From a virus: a DNA stretch of 64,000 bases. The stretch lies in the IMG/VR virus record IMGVR_UViG_3300013212_000072, positions 17,299 to 81,298 of that record. One strand, written 5' to 3'. Below, in pieces: positions 28,048 to 39,600 of the stretch. A program made the position numbers and the translations under genes. The notes beneath the pieces were generated by a model. The model was not told the origin of the DNA. It worked only from the letters and a program-made list of their open reading frames with translations, and ran no database searches. Every line of letters begins with the position of its first letter. The stretch's first letter is position 1.

Positions 28048-28878
28048 ATGGGTAATATATTAGTAGGTGGAGAATCAATTCAACAACATCCTGAATGGGA
28101 TAATGAATGTTTTAACAATTTTGTAAATGAACTTGCAGACGATATAACAGGTTCATGTATGATACCGATGAATCTTCCAAGACAAGAGGTTCAAAACATA
28201 GTTAGACGAGCAAAGAAATGGTTCTATAAAAATTATGAGTATTCAGTACAAGAAAACTTTTTAGTAATTCCAGCATCTGCGTTTCTATCAGATCATTTTA
28301 AATATTCTAGGTCTTTCACTCTTCCTGCAATGGACCCTCTTACCGGTGGCGGTGAAATATTTTCAGTATTTGCGGTGCTTGAAAGAGGAAACACATGGGG
28401 AGGAAGTATGGACATTAACTTTACTCAAGGAGATTTTGCAATTGAAAGAATGTTAATGGGTGGAATTTATGGAGGTTCTAAAACTGGACAGGCTGCAGAA
28501 AATTTACAATACTACGTAATCAATGAATCTTTCTTTGATTTAGCACGACAAATTTTTAAGAATCCGTATGGTTTTCATTATAGCCAACTTACACATGAAT
28601 TAAAATTCATGGGAGAAACTCCTAAAAAAGATACAATTCTAAAGGTTTATCAAACAATTCCAGAATGTGCGCTATTTCAAGATGAAGCATTTTTTAGATA
28701 TTGTTCGGCTAAGATTAAAATTTCGTTAGGACAAAAACTTGGAATATTTGGATTCTCTCTTCCTGGAAATATTCAAATTAATCCAGATGTAATTAAATCG
28801 CTTGGCGAAGATGAACTAACTGCAGTAATTGAAGAAATCAAAAGCGAAGAAGGTACTGACTGGATGTTCCATTCTTAA
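28048..28878 (+). CDS. Neck/head-completion protein, T4 gp13-like
   Basis: FFRYCSAKIKISLGQKLGIFGFSLPGNIQINPD...GEDEL resembles the gp13 C-terminus. Confidence 0.65.
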   Translation: MGNILVGGESIQQHPEWDNECFNNFVNELADDITGSCMIPMNLPRQEVQNIVRRAKKWFYKNYEYSVQENFLVIPASAFLSDHFKYSRSFTLPAMDPLTGGGEIFSVFAVLERGNTWGGSMDINFTQGDFAIERMLMGGIYGGSKTGQAAENLQYYVINESFFDLARQIFKNPYGFHYSQLTHELKFMGETPKKDTILKVYQTIPECALFQDEAFFRYCSAKIKISLGQKLGIFGFSLPGNIQINPDVIKSLGEDELTAVIEEIKSEEGTDWMFHS

Positions 28879-28894
28879 ACAAATATATATTATT

Positions 28895-29248
28895 ATGGAA
28901 TTGTACATAAAATCGCTAGAAGACCCAAATTACGATGAAGACCAATTACAAATCGACGAAGATATTGCTCTAATAATATCCCAGATCGAAACGCTGGTAT
29001 TTACAGAAAAAGGCGATGTGATGGGAGACCCTGAATTTGGGCTTAATCTTGAAGATTATGTATATTCTTTTATGTACAATGATACAATGTTACAAGGAGT
29101 AGTTCAAAGTGCTATTTCGCGATATGTTCCATTATCCGCAAAAATACCAGTGCATGTTACTGTTGAATTTGCAGAAATGACCGAAAGAAATGTAGTTTTT
29201 ATAGATATTGCTATTGACTATAGGTTTGGAATAACAATCGCTATATAA
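28895..29248 (+). CDS. Baseplate wedge protein, gp25-like
   Basis: T.KGDV.GDPEFG.NLEDY...I..YVP. ATG 28895 follows AATATATA (28882). Confidence 0.8.
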   Translation: MELYIKSLEDPNYDEDQLQIDEDIALIISQIETLVFTEKGDVMGDPEFGLNLEDYVYSFMYNDTMLQGVVQSAISRYVPLSAKIPVHVTVEFAEMTERNVVFIDIAIDYRFGITIAI

Positions 29249-29261
29249 AAAAATAAATGAG

Positions 29262-31082
29262 ATGACTGAATTAAAATTTTTATCAAAAGCCAGAATTAAG
29301 GCTACTGAAATGATTGCCGATACTCGAACATATATTTCGAGAGTATATGGGCGATCAAGCGATTTATTTACAACAGCTTCACCGTATTCTCAAATACTTG
29401 AAGTACTAGCTGAAATTACTAATTTAGTATTCTTTTACATTGAAGATGCTACAGTTGAACAAAATATATTAACAGCACAAGACCCGGAATCTATATATGG
29501 ACTTGCAAGACTTGCAGGACACGACGCATTTAGAGGTTCATCTGCCTTAGGTGAATTAAAAATAAGACTAAATACTAGCGCATTTAATGATATTGAAGGA
29601 GATACCCTAATTATTCCTGCAAATTCAATAATTAAGGCAAGTAAAAATGGTTTAGAATATATCTTAAAAACAAACAATGATCAGTTTGTAATTCAAAAAA
29701 GCAGTCCTGATTATATGTATATCCCTATTATTCAGGGTAAAATTGAAAAGCAGACACTAACAGGTACTGGCGAAAAATTACAATCATTTAACGTAATTAT
29801 TAAAAAACAAACAGACAATGATTCGGTTCGGGTTAGTGTTAATAGCGAATTGTGGAGCAAATATGATTCATTATATGATATGCACGTTGGAACTAAGGGA
29901 TATCTTGTTAAGACTGGAATCACCGGAGGTTTAGATATTTATTTTGGTAATGGTTCATTTGGAATGATTCCACCTGAAGGTTCTACAATTGATATTGAAT
30001 ATATTGTTTCAGATGGAGTCAAAGGTAATTTAACAGGTTCTAAAGACCTTAATTTTAAATTTCAAACTGAAGGTTTTGATTCTCTTGGAAATTCATGTGA
30101 CTTAAATAAATTATTAGAATCTTCATTTACGGTTGCACCTACAATGGGATCTAACCCTGAAAGTATTGAACTTACTAAATTGATTGCACCTTTGCAAAGT
30201 CACTCATTTGTATTAGCAACACCGGACAATTATGAAGCATTTCTATCAAAATATGGTATGTTCTCATATCTAGATGCTTACAATACTACCGATGACGGAT
30301 ATATTGATGACGACAATGTGATTTACTTATTCATGTTACCAGATACTAAAAGAAAATTAACTAAAAATAATGACTATTTTAATCTGCATAAAGAGGAATT
30401 CTTTTTCTCAGAAGAGGAAAAGAATGGAATTCTTAGAACTTTAGAAAATTCAGGTAGACAGATGGTAACAACCGAAGTTAAGATTGTAGAACCTAAAGTT
30501 CAATATTTTAGAATGGATGTTAAAGTAAGATATTTCGAAGGATTCAATAAGATTAACCTTTTTGGAGAAATAAGAACTAAAATATCACAATACTTAATTA
30601 ATATAACACGTAGAGACCGTTTACCAAAATCAGATATTATTGCACTATTAGAAGGAATTGAAGGAATCGATTCGGTTAATGTTCGATTTGTTTCTGAAAA
30701 GGAAGAAACTGCAAGAAGACTAGGATATTATGTAAGTGAAACAGTTACAGTAACTCCTTCAACTACAACGCTAGAGGATATTGGAAATGGAAAACAAAAA
30801 TACGTTTTCTTTAAAAGAAACGTATCTACTACTTTGGTTAATTTTGAACCAAATGCTGCACTTCCAGAAAATGTAATTAATCTAGATTCCTTTGGAGATA
30901 TTATTTTAGAAAAAGAAGAGGTTGCCCTATTCAGAGGAGGATGGATAGATAGAGACGGTGCATCAGTTTTAGATGATGCTAAAGTTGGAGAGATGGCAGC
31001 GCTATCTGTTTACTTTGATGAACCTGCAGTACCAAATACAGTTTTTAGTAGAATTCAAGCTCAAAATAGAAAAGCACTATAA
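29262..31082 (+). CDS. Baseplate wedge protein, gp6/baseplate J-like
   Basis: EQNILTAQ..SIYGLA.LAG, IYFGNG.FG.IP, G.NPESIE..K..AP, TPDNY. Confidence 0.82.
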   Translation: MTELKFLSKARIKATEMIADTRTYISRVYGRSSDLFTTASPYSQILEVLAEITNLVFFYIEDATVEQNILTAQDPESIYGLARLAGHDAFRGSSALGELKIRLNTSAFNDIEGDTLIIPANSIIKASKNGLEYILKTNNDQFVIQKSSPDYMYIPIIQGKIEKQTLTGTGEKLQSFNVIIKKQTDNDSVRVSVNSELWSKYDSLYDMHVGTKGYLVKTGITGGLDIYFGNGSFGMIPPEGSTIDIEYIVSDGVKGNLTGSKDLNFKFQTEGFDSLGNSCDLNKLLESSFTVAPTMGSNPESIELTKLIAPLQSHSFVLATPDNYEAFLSKYGMFSYLDAYNTTDDGYIDDDNVIYLFMLPDTKRKLTKNNDYFNLHKEEFFFSEEEKNGILRTLENSGRQMVTTEVKIVEPKVQYFRMDVKVRYFEGFNKINLFGEIRTKISQYLINITRRDRLPKSDIIALLEGIEGIDSVNVRFVSEKEETARRLGYYVSETVTVTPSTTTLEDIGNGKQKYVFFKRNVSTTLVNFEPNAALPENVINLDSFGDIILEKEEVALFRGGWIDRDGASVLDDAKVGEMAALSVYFDEPAVPNTVFSRIQAQNRKAL

Positions 31083-31351
31083 TGGGTATTTTAAGTAATT
31101 TATTTAAAGTTCGTAAGGTTAAGAGTTACAACACTCGACTTTCGGTAATGGACAAAAGATTACATGAAGGTAATGATTATCGAACAAATATATTAAGCAA
31201 TTCATTATCAAAATACATACAGAGAAATAATACAATGTATGATTTTATTACAATGATGCAACATGTTGTCGCTGATTGGGTTGATTCTGTAACATATTTA
31301 AAAGCCTACAAATCATATACAATTAGAAAAGACGATAAAAAAGTTAAGTAA
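31082..31351 (+). CDS. Small baseplate-region protein
   Basis: Coupled ORF between baseplate genes. Confidence 0.55.
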   Translation: MGILSNLFKVRKVKSYNTRLSVMDKRLHEGNDYRTNILSNSLSKYIQRNNTMYDFITMMQHVVADWVDSVTYLKAYKSYTIRKDDKKVK

Positions 31352-31353
31352 GA

Positions 31354-34122
31354 ATGGCGAATCCAAATTTAAGATTTTTTGATAGTGAATCAAATGACCT
31401 AAACCTTCTATATAATTCTGATACGGATATATGGGAGGGAGTTTGTTATTTACCAAAAGTATCTACTGGACTATATGAAACCCTTACAATTTATATATTA
31501 GAACAAGTAGAAGGTAAATTAGGCGGTGAAAAGTTTATTACTCCTATTGGAACTGGAAATACTACAAGTACTTTTAAATTCAAATTTTTTAGCGGTTATG
31601 AATTTAGTGAAGACATATTTATGTATAGCGCTAAAAATAATAATGGAGTTCTTGAAATTCAAAAAGATGATATTCAAACTCATACTATATTAAACGCAAA
31701 TACTGCAGTAGGAACAAACTCTGATGGTTTTAAAATTATTGATAGTAAAATTCTAATGATTCCCGTTAAGTGTAACATTGCTCTTATGAGTGAGGAAGAT
31801 AATTACCATACAAGAATCCTTGATATTTATGAAATAGCCGATAATGACCCAGAAGTATTAATTGCAAGTATAAGAATATATGGAGAGACGGAATCTGAAG
31901 ACGAAAGATTATCGGTTCTTCTATCAAATATGGGAATGTCACTATCTGAGGAAGAGTATATCATACTTAAAGATTCTAACATTTTAGAAATGTCTCCAGA
32001 CTGGATTTTAATGAATCAAAAGAGAAAAGAACTCTTATTACAAGCTTCCCAGATAAAACCATTTGTTGGTACTTATAAAGCCCTCCTAAATGCTATCGAT
32101 TTTTACGGTTACAATAAAATAACAATCAAAGAATATTGGTTGAACATTAATGAACAGGCAGAAAACTTTGGAAAACTACAAGCAATTGCCCTTCCAAATC
32201 AAGATGTTGTTGGATTTCTTGCAAATAAAAACCAAGGAAACCAATTACCAAGTTCTAATTTAAAAAAGACCAGCAGATTTTCTCTTGTCTATAGATTAAA
32301 TGAGGCTGATGGTAATGTTGATGAGTGGGATATCCCAACTGTAGTTGAATCAACTGACTATAGTCCGGATGAAGTACTTATAAAACTGTATGGACTTAAA
32401 AATAAACTACAAGCAACGTATTTGCCGCTTCAGGCTAAAATTGTAGATATTACAGGAGAAGGTGATTATTTTGCACAATTTAATTTAAACGTTTGGAATA
32501 ATCAACATTCTATTAAAGACCAAACTGCCGGACAGAGGGTTGATTTTAGTAGATACCCAATAGATAAACAATTATTCATCGAAGACTTAAGAAAGGTTGA
32601 CTACAGATTAACCGGAATTGGTCAAGACTTTTCTGCTCTTAGTAATACCAATAGAGAAGAAATTTCAGAATCTATAATAAATTTTTATGATGTCTATTAT
32701 ATTGATGACCTATCTAGTTTTAATACACTTGCTGGAATTCCAGTAGGATGCCCCGTTATTTTAAATGCAGACTCGTTTATAGGAAGTTGGGATTCGGCAG
32801 AATTTACATATATGGATGCAGAAGATACTGGAAATCACTTATTAACTTGGGATAACTGGTGGAGACAGGGAATCTATGAAATGGAATGGACAATTCTTGG
32901 ACCTAGAGGTTATTCAAAATCCTTTAGAGGTGGAGTTGGTTATTACGATGGATCTGGGGTTTTTCATCCAGAATATCAGAAGTTTCCAATAGTACTTCCA
33001 TACTCTGGAGTATATTCGGTTGAATTGTCTATATTTGATTTATATAATGTGCGAAGTTCTTATAGAAAACCCGATTATTTTGAAGTAAAAAACAAAAATG
33101 TTGAGGTGTATGGAATATTCCAAAGAATGTTACCTCAATTAAATTGGAATGAGTATAAGTACTCTTATGATGTTGCGGGTAGTGACTGGGATTGGGCTAG
33201 AGAGAACACTGCTGATGTTGATAGTATTATCGCAACATATTATTTAACATTAGACCGCGCAAATTATGTACACGACGAAGAGGATGGTCCGGAATTTTCT
33301 ACAGTAAGAAGATATATTGACCCAGATCCAAGTAACCCTACTGGATTTGCCGAAACTCCGGGACCATATCAGTGGAGAGAATTAAGAACTCAATTATGGG
33401 AAGATGGTGACGAGGTTAATTGGAATATGATGAGAGTCGGTGCTGATATAAACTCATCATTCAAGATGGATTTATTACAATCTAACGGTTATGTTAATGG
33501 CTATACTTTTTACATGACACAATATGACGTTAATTCACATTTATTAATTACTGATTCATATGAAATCCAATCAACCTATCCCGTTGATAACACTGATTTA
33601 AGTGCATGGAGAGCAATTGCAAATGAACTTTCTCAATTAGATCAGGTAGAGCATCCAATATTAACTAAATTTAATTACAACCCGATATTAGTTGACAATG
33701 ATATTAATGGAACTGAAGATGTTTGCGATTATATTTTAGTAGTTGGCGAAGAACCCGCAAGAACTCATGATTATTTTAGTGTTGGATTTACTGCAACGGG
33801 TGGAGAAATACTACCAGATTCTGAAACACATTTTGAAAGTTTTAATCCTGACTATCAAGACTTATGTGTTATTGATAGTCATGTCGAGGTTAAAAGATTA
33901 AATCATGTTACATTTTCTTATGATATTACAAATATGCCAGGAATTATTGCCCAGAAATGGACGCTTAAAAATAATAACGAGAATGTAAATGATATATATT
34001 ATAGTAATACATGGCTGACATACCTATTCAAACATAAAGGTGATTATACTGTTGAATTAGAATTAACTGACGTGAATGGAAATAAAAACACAATAAATAA
34101 AAATATATTAAAAATCATTTAA
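31354..34122 (+). CDS. Large baseplate protein (gp7-like position) with PKD-like C-terminus
   Basis: GTYKALLNAIDFYGY; YLFKHKGDYTVELELTDVNGN. Confidence 0.55.
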   Translation: MANPNLRFFDSESNDLNLLYNSDTDIWEGVCYLPKVSTGLYETLTIYILEQVEGKLGGEKFITPIGTGNTTSTFKFKFFSGYEFSEDIFMYSAKNNNGVLEIQKDDIQTHTILNANTAVGTNSDGFKIIDSKILMIPVKCNIALMSEEDNYHTRILDIYEIADNDPEVLIASIRIYGETESEDERLSVLLSNMGMSLSEEEYIILKDSNILEMSPDWILMNQKRKELLLQASQIKPFVGTYKALLNAIDFYGYNKITIKEYWLNINEQAENFGKLQAIALPNQDVVGFLANKNQGNQLPSSNLKKTSRFSLVYRLNEADGNVDEWDIPTVVESTDYSPDEVLIKLYGLKNKLQATYLPLQAKIVDITGEGDYFAQFNLNVWNNQHSIKDQTAGQRVDFSRYPIDKQLFIEDLRKVDYRLTGIGQDFSALSNTNREEISESIINFYDVYYIDDLSSFNTLAGIPVGCPVILNADSFIGSWDSAEFTYMDAEDTGNHLLTWDNWWRQGIYEMEWTILGPRGYSKSFRGGVGYYDGSGVFHPEYQKFPIVLPYSGVYSVELSIFDLYNVRSSYRKPDYFEVKNKNVEVYGIFQRMLPQLNWNEYKYSYDVAGSDWDWARENTADVDSIIATYYLTLDRANYVHDEEDGPEFSTVRRYIDPDPSNPTGFAETPGPYQWRELRTQLWEDGDEVNWNMMRVGADINSSFKMDLLQSNGYVNGYTFYMTQYDVNSHLLITDSYEIQSTYPVDNTDLSAWRAIANELSQLDQVEHPILTKFNYNPILVDNDINGTEDVCDYILVVGEEPARTHDYFSVGFTATGGEILPDSETHFESFNPDYQDLCVIDSHVEVKRLNHVTFSYDITNMPGIIAQKWTLKNNNENVNDIYYSNTWLTYLFKHKGDYTVELELTDVNGNKNTINKNILKII

Positions 34123-34123
34123 A

Positions 34124-34705
34124 ATGGCAAGTATAACAACAATTTTAGGAACCGACAGTGTTTCTTCATCTAGAATCGTATTAAATAATAATTTTGCAGC
34201 TCTTAATGATGAGTTAGCAGATATTGCAAACGTATTAAATACAAGCACTCAAGTTCTTACATTAACGGGATTAATTACCGGAGGTACTTTAAGAATTAAT
34301 AATGGCTCTGATCTCTTTAAAGTTGAATCAAATGAGATTAATGCAAATCTACCGATTAAACTTAATCAAGAAGTTGTTCTTGGTGATGGATTAATTTATT
34401 CTATTGATTCTAATCCAACAAGTCTCCCACAGTCTGCGGTAGATTATCAAGATACTACTTATGTATTGAATTCGGTTGTGTTTAATACTACCGTTTCTTT
34501 AGCAGCTGCATCTGCTGGTCAAGAAATTACATTAATCGCAAACGGGGGAACAATTACTATTAGCAACAGTAATATAATAGGAGTTGCTGCATCTGTTGTA
34601 ATGTCCAATGGTGGTTCATTAACTTTAAGATATATTACGTCTCCTATTAATGGATTTGTGATAATATCTGCATTCAAATGTACTGTAAGTGGTACTGCAA
34701 TATAA
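34124..34705 (+). CDS. Short fibre-like structural protein
   Basis: N-terminal I..TDS....R..LNNNF motif related to the fibre N-termini at 45041, 46676 and 49952. Confidence 0.5.
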   Translation: MASITTILGTDSVSSSRIVLNNNFAALNDELADIANVLNTSTQVLTLTGLITGGTLRINNGSDLFKVESNEINANLPIKLNQEVVLGDGLIYSIDSNPTSLPQSAVDYQDTTYVLNSVVFNTTVSLAAASAGQEITLIANGGTITISNSNIIGVAASVVMSNGGSLTLRYITSPINGFVIISAFKCTVSGTAI

Positions 34706-34739
34706 ATGAACCAATACTAATAAAAACAAAATCGCTTAA

Positions 34740-36668
34740 ATGGCAACACCATTAATAAGAATACCCCAAGAACAGGGAGGTACTATGTATGCATTTTCAA
34801 GTGCTGCTCGAGATTTGACAAGGGCTTACTATAATCCTGACATAAATTTTGAGTACTCTAAGTTTGCATTAATAGATATTCCTGTTGTATCGGATCCAGG
34901 CACTAGTGGTGCAAACTTTATTGAATTTAATAAATTATACCAAGCATCTAGTAGTCCGTATGATGATAATACAGTTGACAATGCAAATGTACATTTTGCG
35001 CAAACATTACAAAATTACGCACTTAACTTTGAGAATTTTATCCTAACCGATGATGATTTTGATAACACAATATATGCTAGTGATGCTGAAAAAATATTGT
35101 TTAAATGGTTGCATCATTTAGGTGCGTTTGAGGTTAAAACCGCGAATTCCCAGCAAGTTGTAAGCGGGTATTCTAGAGCTATAGAAAATGAAGATACAAC
35201 AGACACCGGAAATGCATATTCTAGAGTTGTAAAGTATATTGGAAATATCGACGTTTCAAACGATAAAAATTATCAAGGAAATACTTACAATGAAATATTC
35301 GTAAATGTTCCCTCTTCGGTGGGATATACTCCTGAAATATTATTTAAGTCAACTGAGTATAATACAACAGCAATTTCATATCAACCTCAAAATGAAATTA
35401 ATGGAAGAGATGGACAAACTCATCCTGACGCTTTTTTAAATCTAGATGCTCTTGCTGATAATGCTGCGGGTACTATAAGCTTGGATCCGGTAGATTTATA
35501 TAATTATGGAATTGAATGGAATTCAACTCTATACGCTAAAATTGCAAATGACCCTGGATTAAATAATTTTCAAGAATTTTCTAAAAGAGGAGGAGACTTT
35601 AGATTTAATGCAATATTAGTTTACTATGACTTATATTCAAAATCAAATATTTCTAATAAGTCTACGAATCTTTATGGTATATTAATATTAGATAATTTTA
35701 AAAATGACCCTAACACCACAGGATGGTACATACCTGAACTTTCTAAATATAAACCGAATGATGTTACTGGATTAAATGGAAATGCATTTGCTCTTAAGTT
35801 AAATGTAAAATTTAACTCATCATTAGATAATGTAGGTGTAGAATTAAATATAAATGATTACTCTACATTTTCGATGGATATTTTCTTGGACACAACAACT
35901 GCTCTTGAAAATGCCGCTAAATTGCTGGTTGATGCTGGAAATTCTTATGCTGCAATTGCGCAAAGAGTAGCGGAATTAGAAAATTTAATGGCATATAGTA
36001 CATCAACTGATTTTTCTGAAAGAATTGCGTTGCTTGAAACTGCTGTTGAAAATGCATCTTTAAATTATGCGTCATCCACTTCAATTTTAGATATGATTAC
36101 TTCGGTAAATACAAGGTTGAACCAAATGATTAGTGGAGTTATTCCAACTGAAATACAATACAATACTAATGTACTTAGCGCTGGAAATGGGGTAAAAATT
36201 GACAAATCAAATCCTAACATGATTAAGATAGTTAATGACAATAATGGATATACATTAAATTCTATTTTTGAATACAACTTTATATCGAGTACGTCTGGTT
36301 CTTTAATTGCGCCAAGTAATCCATTCAATTTAACTCTTACTGCATCTACTGGCTTAATCACAAGAATACGACCATTCGATAATTTGATTAGAATTAATAC
36401 CGATACAGGTACAATGACCGGAGACTTGAATATATACTTAGATGATAGTATTAATTCTTGGAAAAACGGGCAAACTATTAAGTTTTCTTTTAAAAATCAA
36501 TTGTCAACTCTAGGAACTTACAAAATAAACATATACACAGATAAAAATAATAGTTATGTGTTAAAGGCTTCTATAGATAGTAATAATATTTTAAGCCTAA
36601 AACCTTACTTTGAATTAATATGTATAGACGAAATAAACAAGACATTTGAACTTGAAATAATAAGATAA
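34740..36668 (+). CDS. Virion structural protein
   Basis: Structural operon context; beta-rich with a coiled coil. Confidence 0.5.
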   Translation: MATPLIRIPQEQGGTMYAFSSAARDLTRAYYNPDINFEYSKFALIDIPVVSDPGTSGANFIEFNKLYQASSSPYDDNTVDNANVHFAQTLQNYALNFENFILTDDDFDNTIYASDAEKILFKWLHHLGAFEVKTANSQQVVSGYSRAIENEDTTDTGNAYSRVVKYIGNIDVSNDKNYQGNTYNEIFVNVPSSVGYTPEILFKSTEYNTTAISYQPQNEINGRDGQTHPDAFLNLDALADNAAGTISLDPVDLYNYGIEWNSTLYAKIANDPGLNNFQEFSKRGGDFRFNAILVYYDLYSKSNISNKSTNLYGILILDNFKNDPNTTGWYIPELSKYKPNDVTGLNGNAFALKLNVKFNSSLDNVGVELNINDYSTFSMDIFLDTTTALENAAKLLVDAGNSYAAIAQRVAELENLMAYSTSTDFSERIALLETAVENASLNYASSTSILDMITSVNTRLNQMISGVIPTEIQYNTNVLSAGNGVKIDKSNPNMIKIVNDNNGYTLNSIFEYNFISSTSGSLIAPSNPFNLTLTASTGLITRIRPFDNLIRINTDTGTMTGDLNIYLDDSINSWKNGQTIKFSFKNQLSTLGTYKINIYTDKNNSYVLKASIDSNNILSLKPYFELICIDEINKTFELEIIR

Positions 36669-36669
36669 T

Positions 36670-39600
36670 ATGAGCGCTAGCAATTCAATATCACAATTAC
36701 TTGAACAGTTTCTTGAGTTAAATACTAACTCATTAGAAACATTTGTAAGAATTAACGAAGCTATCACTACCGATAAGGAAACTGTCAGTATTGACCTTTT
36801 TAATAGTAAAACAAACAAGATGGAAACCATTCAAATACCTGCATTTGGGTATTTGAAAAGAGAAATCGATCGTTTGAATAGTAATGTGAGCTCAATTAGT
36901 GGTCTTGAAGGTTCAAACGCAAATGTAAGACTAAAAGACGGTTCTTTTAGAACTATACATACTTCAAGATTAAAAGGACCATCTCCTTCTATTACTTCTC
37001 TAGCATCTCCTACCCAGTTTTCGACTAAATTAAATGATTTTTTCGAAAACTTTTTAAATCCATTGCTTACAATAAATTTAGATGTAAGCAAACAAATTCC
37101 AGTAGAAACTGAAAAGGTATATGTTGAAAGATACATATTTAATGAAAATGATCTAACTTCAATTACTGCGTTTGATGAACTTTATAAAGGAGGTAGCGAA
37201 ATTGTTTATTCTGATTTTACAACGCAATTAAGTAACAATAACTTTGTTTATTATTTAGATTCTCAAGTTATTGATATGCCAATTAGAAAAATTCAATACA
37301 CTGGATTTTTTGATGTGATTAAAATTGACAATGCTCAAAAAAATATTGTTATTGATGGAACAACTCAAACTAAAATAGTTAAGTTATTCACATTTAACAA
37401 ATTAACCTTTACAGATTCAACTAAAACTCTTAAAGACACTGAAACTTTAAAGACTGGAGATTCTCTTATTGTAAACTCTGGAAATTATAGAACAAGATAC
37501 CAAATTCTTTCTATTGATGCTTCGACATCACAAGTTGAATTGTTATTACTTGAAGGTTCTGAATCTATTAAACTTGGAGTTAACCAACTTGGAATTTATA
37601 AAGCAATCGATACTGATTTGAATATAGAAATCAATGTTGCATTTAATGAACGTCAAGTTATCTTTGTTAAACCAATAGACCCTGTTTCAAAAATACCTGC
37701 TGAAGATTTTTCACCAGGGGTTGGATTCTATTCTAATAGTTTAGAAATGAATGATGTTGCTGGTAATAAAATGACCCTAGCTGAATACTATAAAAATGAA
37801 GTTGCGGATTTTGGACAGTTTCTTAAATCACTAAAGGTAGATTATATTCCACCTGCAGCTTCTGGAATCAAACCAACACCACCGGTCATTAATGTTGAAA
37901 ACTTTAAAGTTGTTCAAATTAATAAGCATTTAACTGATAACACTACAACCGATAAAATTAAACAATTAAAGTCTGATAAATCATCTACAGAGCAGTCATT
38001 AAAACAACTTGATGAATCTATCAAACAGAAAAAATCTTTAATTAATACTAAGAAATTTGCATCTCAGGCAGAAAGTGATACTCATAAAAATGAATTAAAC
38101 TCTCTAGTTTCTCAAAGAGAATCTGAATCAAAACTTTTTTCATCTGTTGTTAGTGAAATAAAATCTTCAGCAGAATCTGCAGACCTACAAACAGCATCTC
38201 CAAAGTATAAAGTTAGAGGATTTTGGGCAGTTCCAGAACCAAAAACAATTGGAAACCAAGTATCACAAGAGGTTGTACAATTTAAAATTAGATACCGATA
38301 TGTTTCTACTTCAGGTAAAACTTCAAATATCGATCAACTTAAATTTATAGATGCAACAAACCAAACTGAAAAAACAGCTGCTTTTTCAAATTGGGTAGAA
38401 GTTAACGGGCCTGTTAGAAAAAGAGCAATGGATGCTAATGGAAAATATGGTTGGATTCTTGAAAGTGAAGAAGATGCTAATGCGGTAAACTTTAACTCTT
38501 TTGATATTGCAATTAACCCTGGTGAAGTTGTTGAATTTATGATTAAATCAATTTCTGAAGCTGGATTTCCTGCGAATCCTTTAGAATCAGACTGGTCTCC
38601 AATTGAAAAAATAGAATTTCCACAAGGTGAAATTAACACTGATAATTTAGGAAATGTTATTAAGGCTAATGAGCTTGACCTATTAAAAGTGCAAATCCAA
38701 CAGGACCTAGAATCTGTAGGTGTATACAAACATGTTGGAGAATCTTTTACAGTTGGTAGTCAAACATTCGCGCATAGCGCAAATACAATAGCTTCTGGTT
38801 TTATAACCGATGCTCAAGCCCCAATCACTGTTTATGAAAAGCTACTAGCTCTTCAAAATGAGGTTCTAAGCTTACGCGCGGTTATTGAAAAAACAACTGG
38901 AGAATTACTTGTAAGAATTATTGATGAAAATGGAAATGTTACACCAGTAACAAATAACTCAACTGTACAGTTGTTTGCAGGATACTATAGTCAAGAAATT
39001 CCAGCAGTTAATGGAAAAGGAGCAATTGTTACTAAAAACTTTAAAATTGAGCTATCAAATACTAAAGCAACCGACCTTGAGTTAATATCCCGAATTGTAG
39101 GAGATACAACGCAACCTGCTCCGGTTTCTACAAATAATACAAAGTTTGGACTTGGAACTGGAACGCCAGATCCGGTTTACAATAGTGATTATTATAGAGA
39201 TGAAGCTAAGTATGATTTAGTTCCGGTAATTTATCAAAATATTAACAATCTTAATACAGATTATATTAATAGCGGTCCGGATCAGTCTTCTCAGTTAAAA
39301 GGACAATTTATCTACTCTAGATTTAAAAATATTGCAAATGATGATAATTTATATGTAATTACTGAAGGTGTTAATAGTGATGGAAATATTAATACTGCTT
39401 TACCAGCAACGGACGAGGGTATAAATAGTGCGTATGATAAATATGAGTATGGAATTTCATATGATTTTAGTATAGTTCCACAAGATACTATTAATCCTGA
39501 ATTTAAAAACTTTTCAGGAGTAGGAGTAACTGCAACTGCATATATTCCAATATCAAGTAGTCCAAATGATTTTGTTTGGAATGGTGGTTTTAGTGGAGCA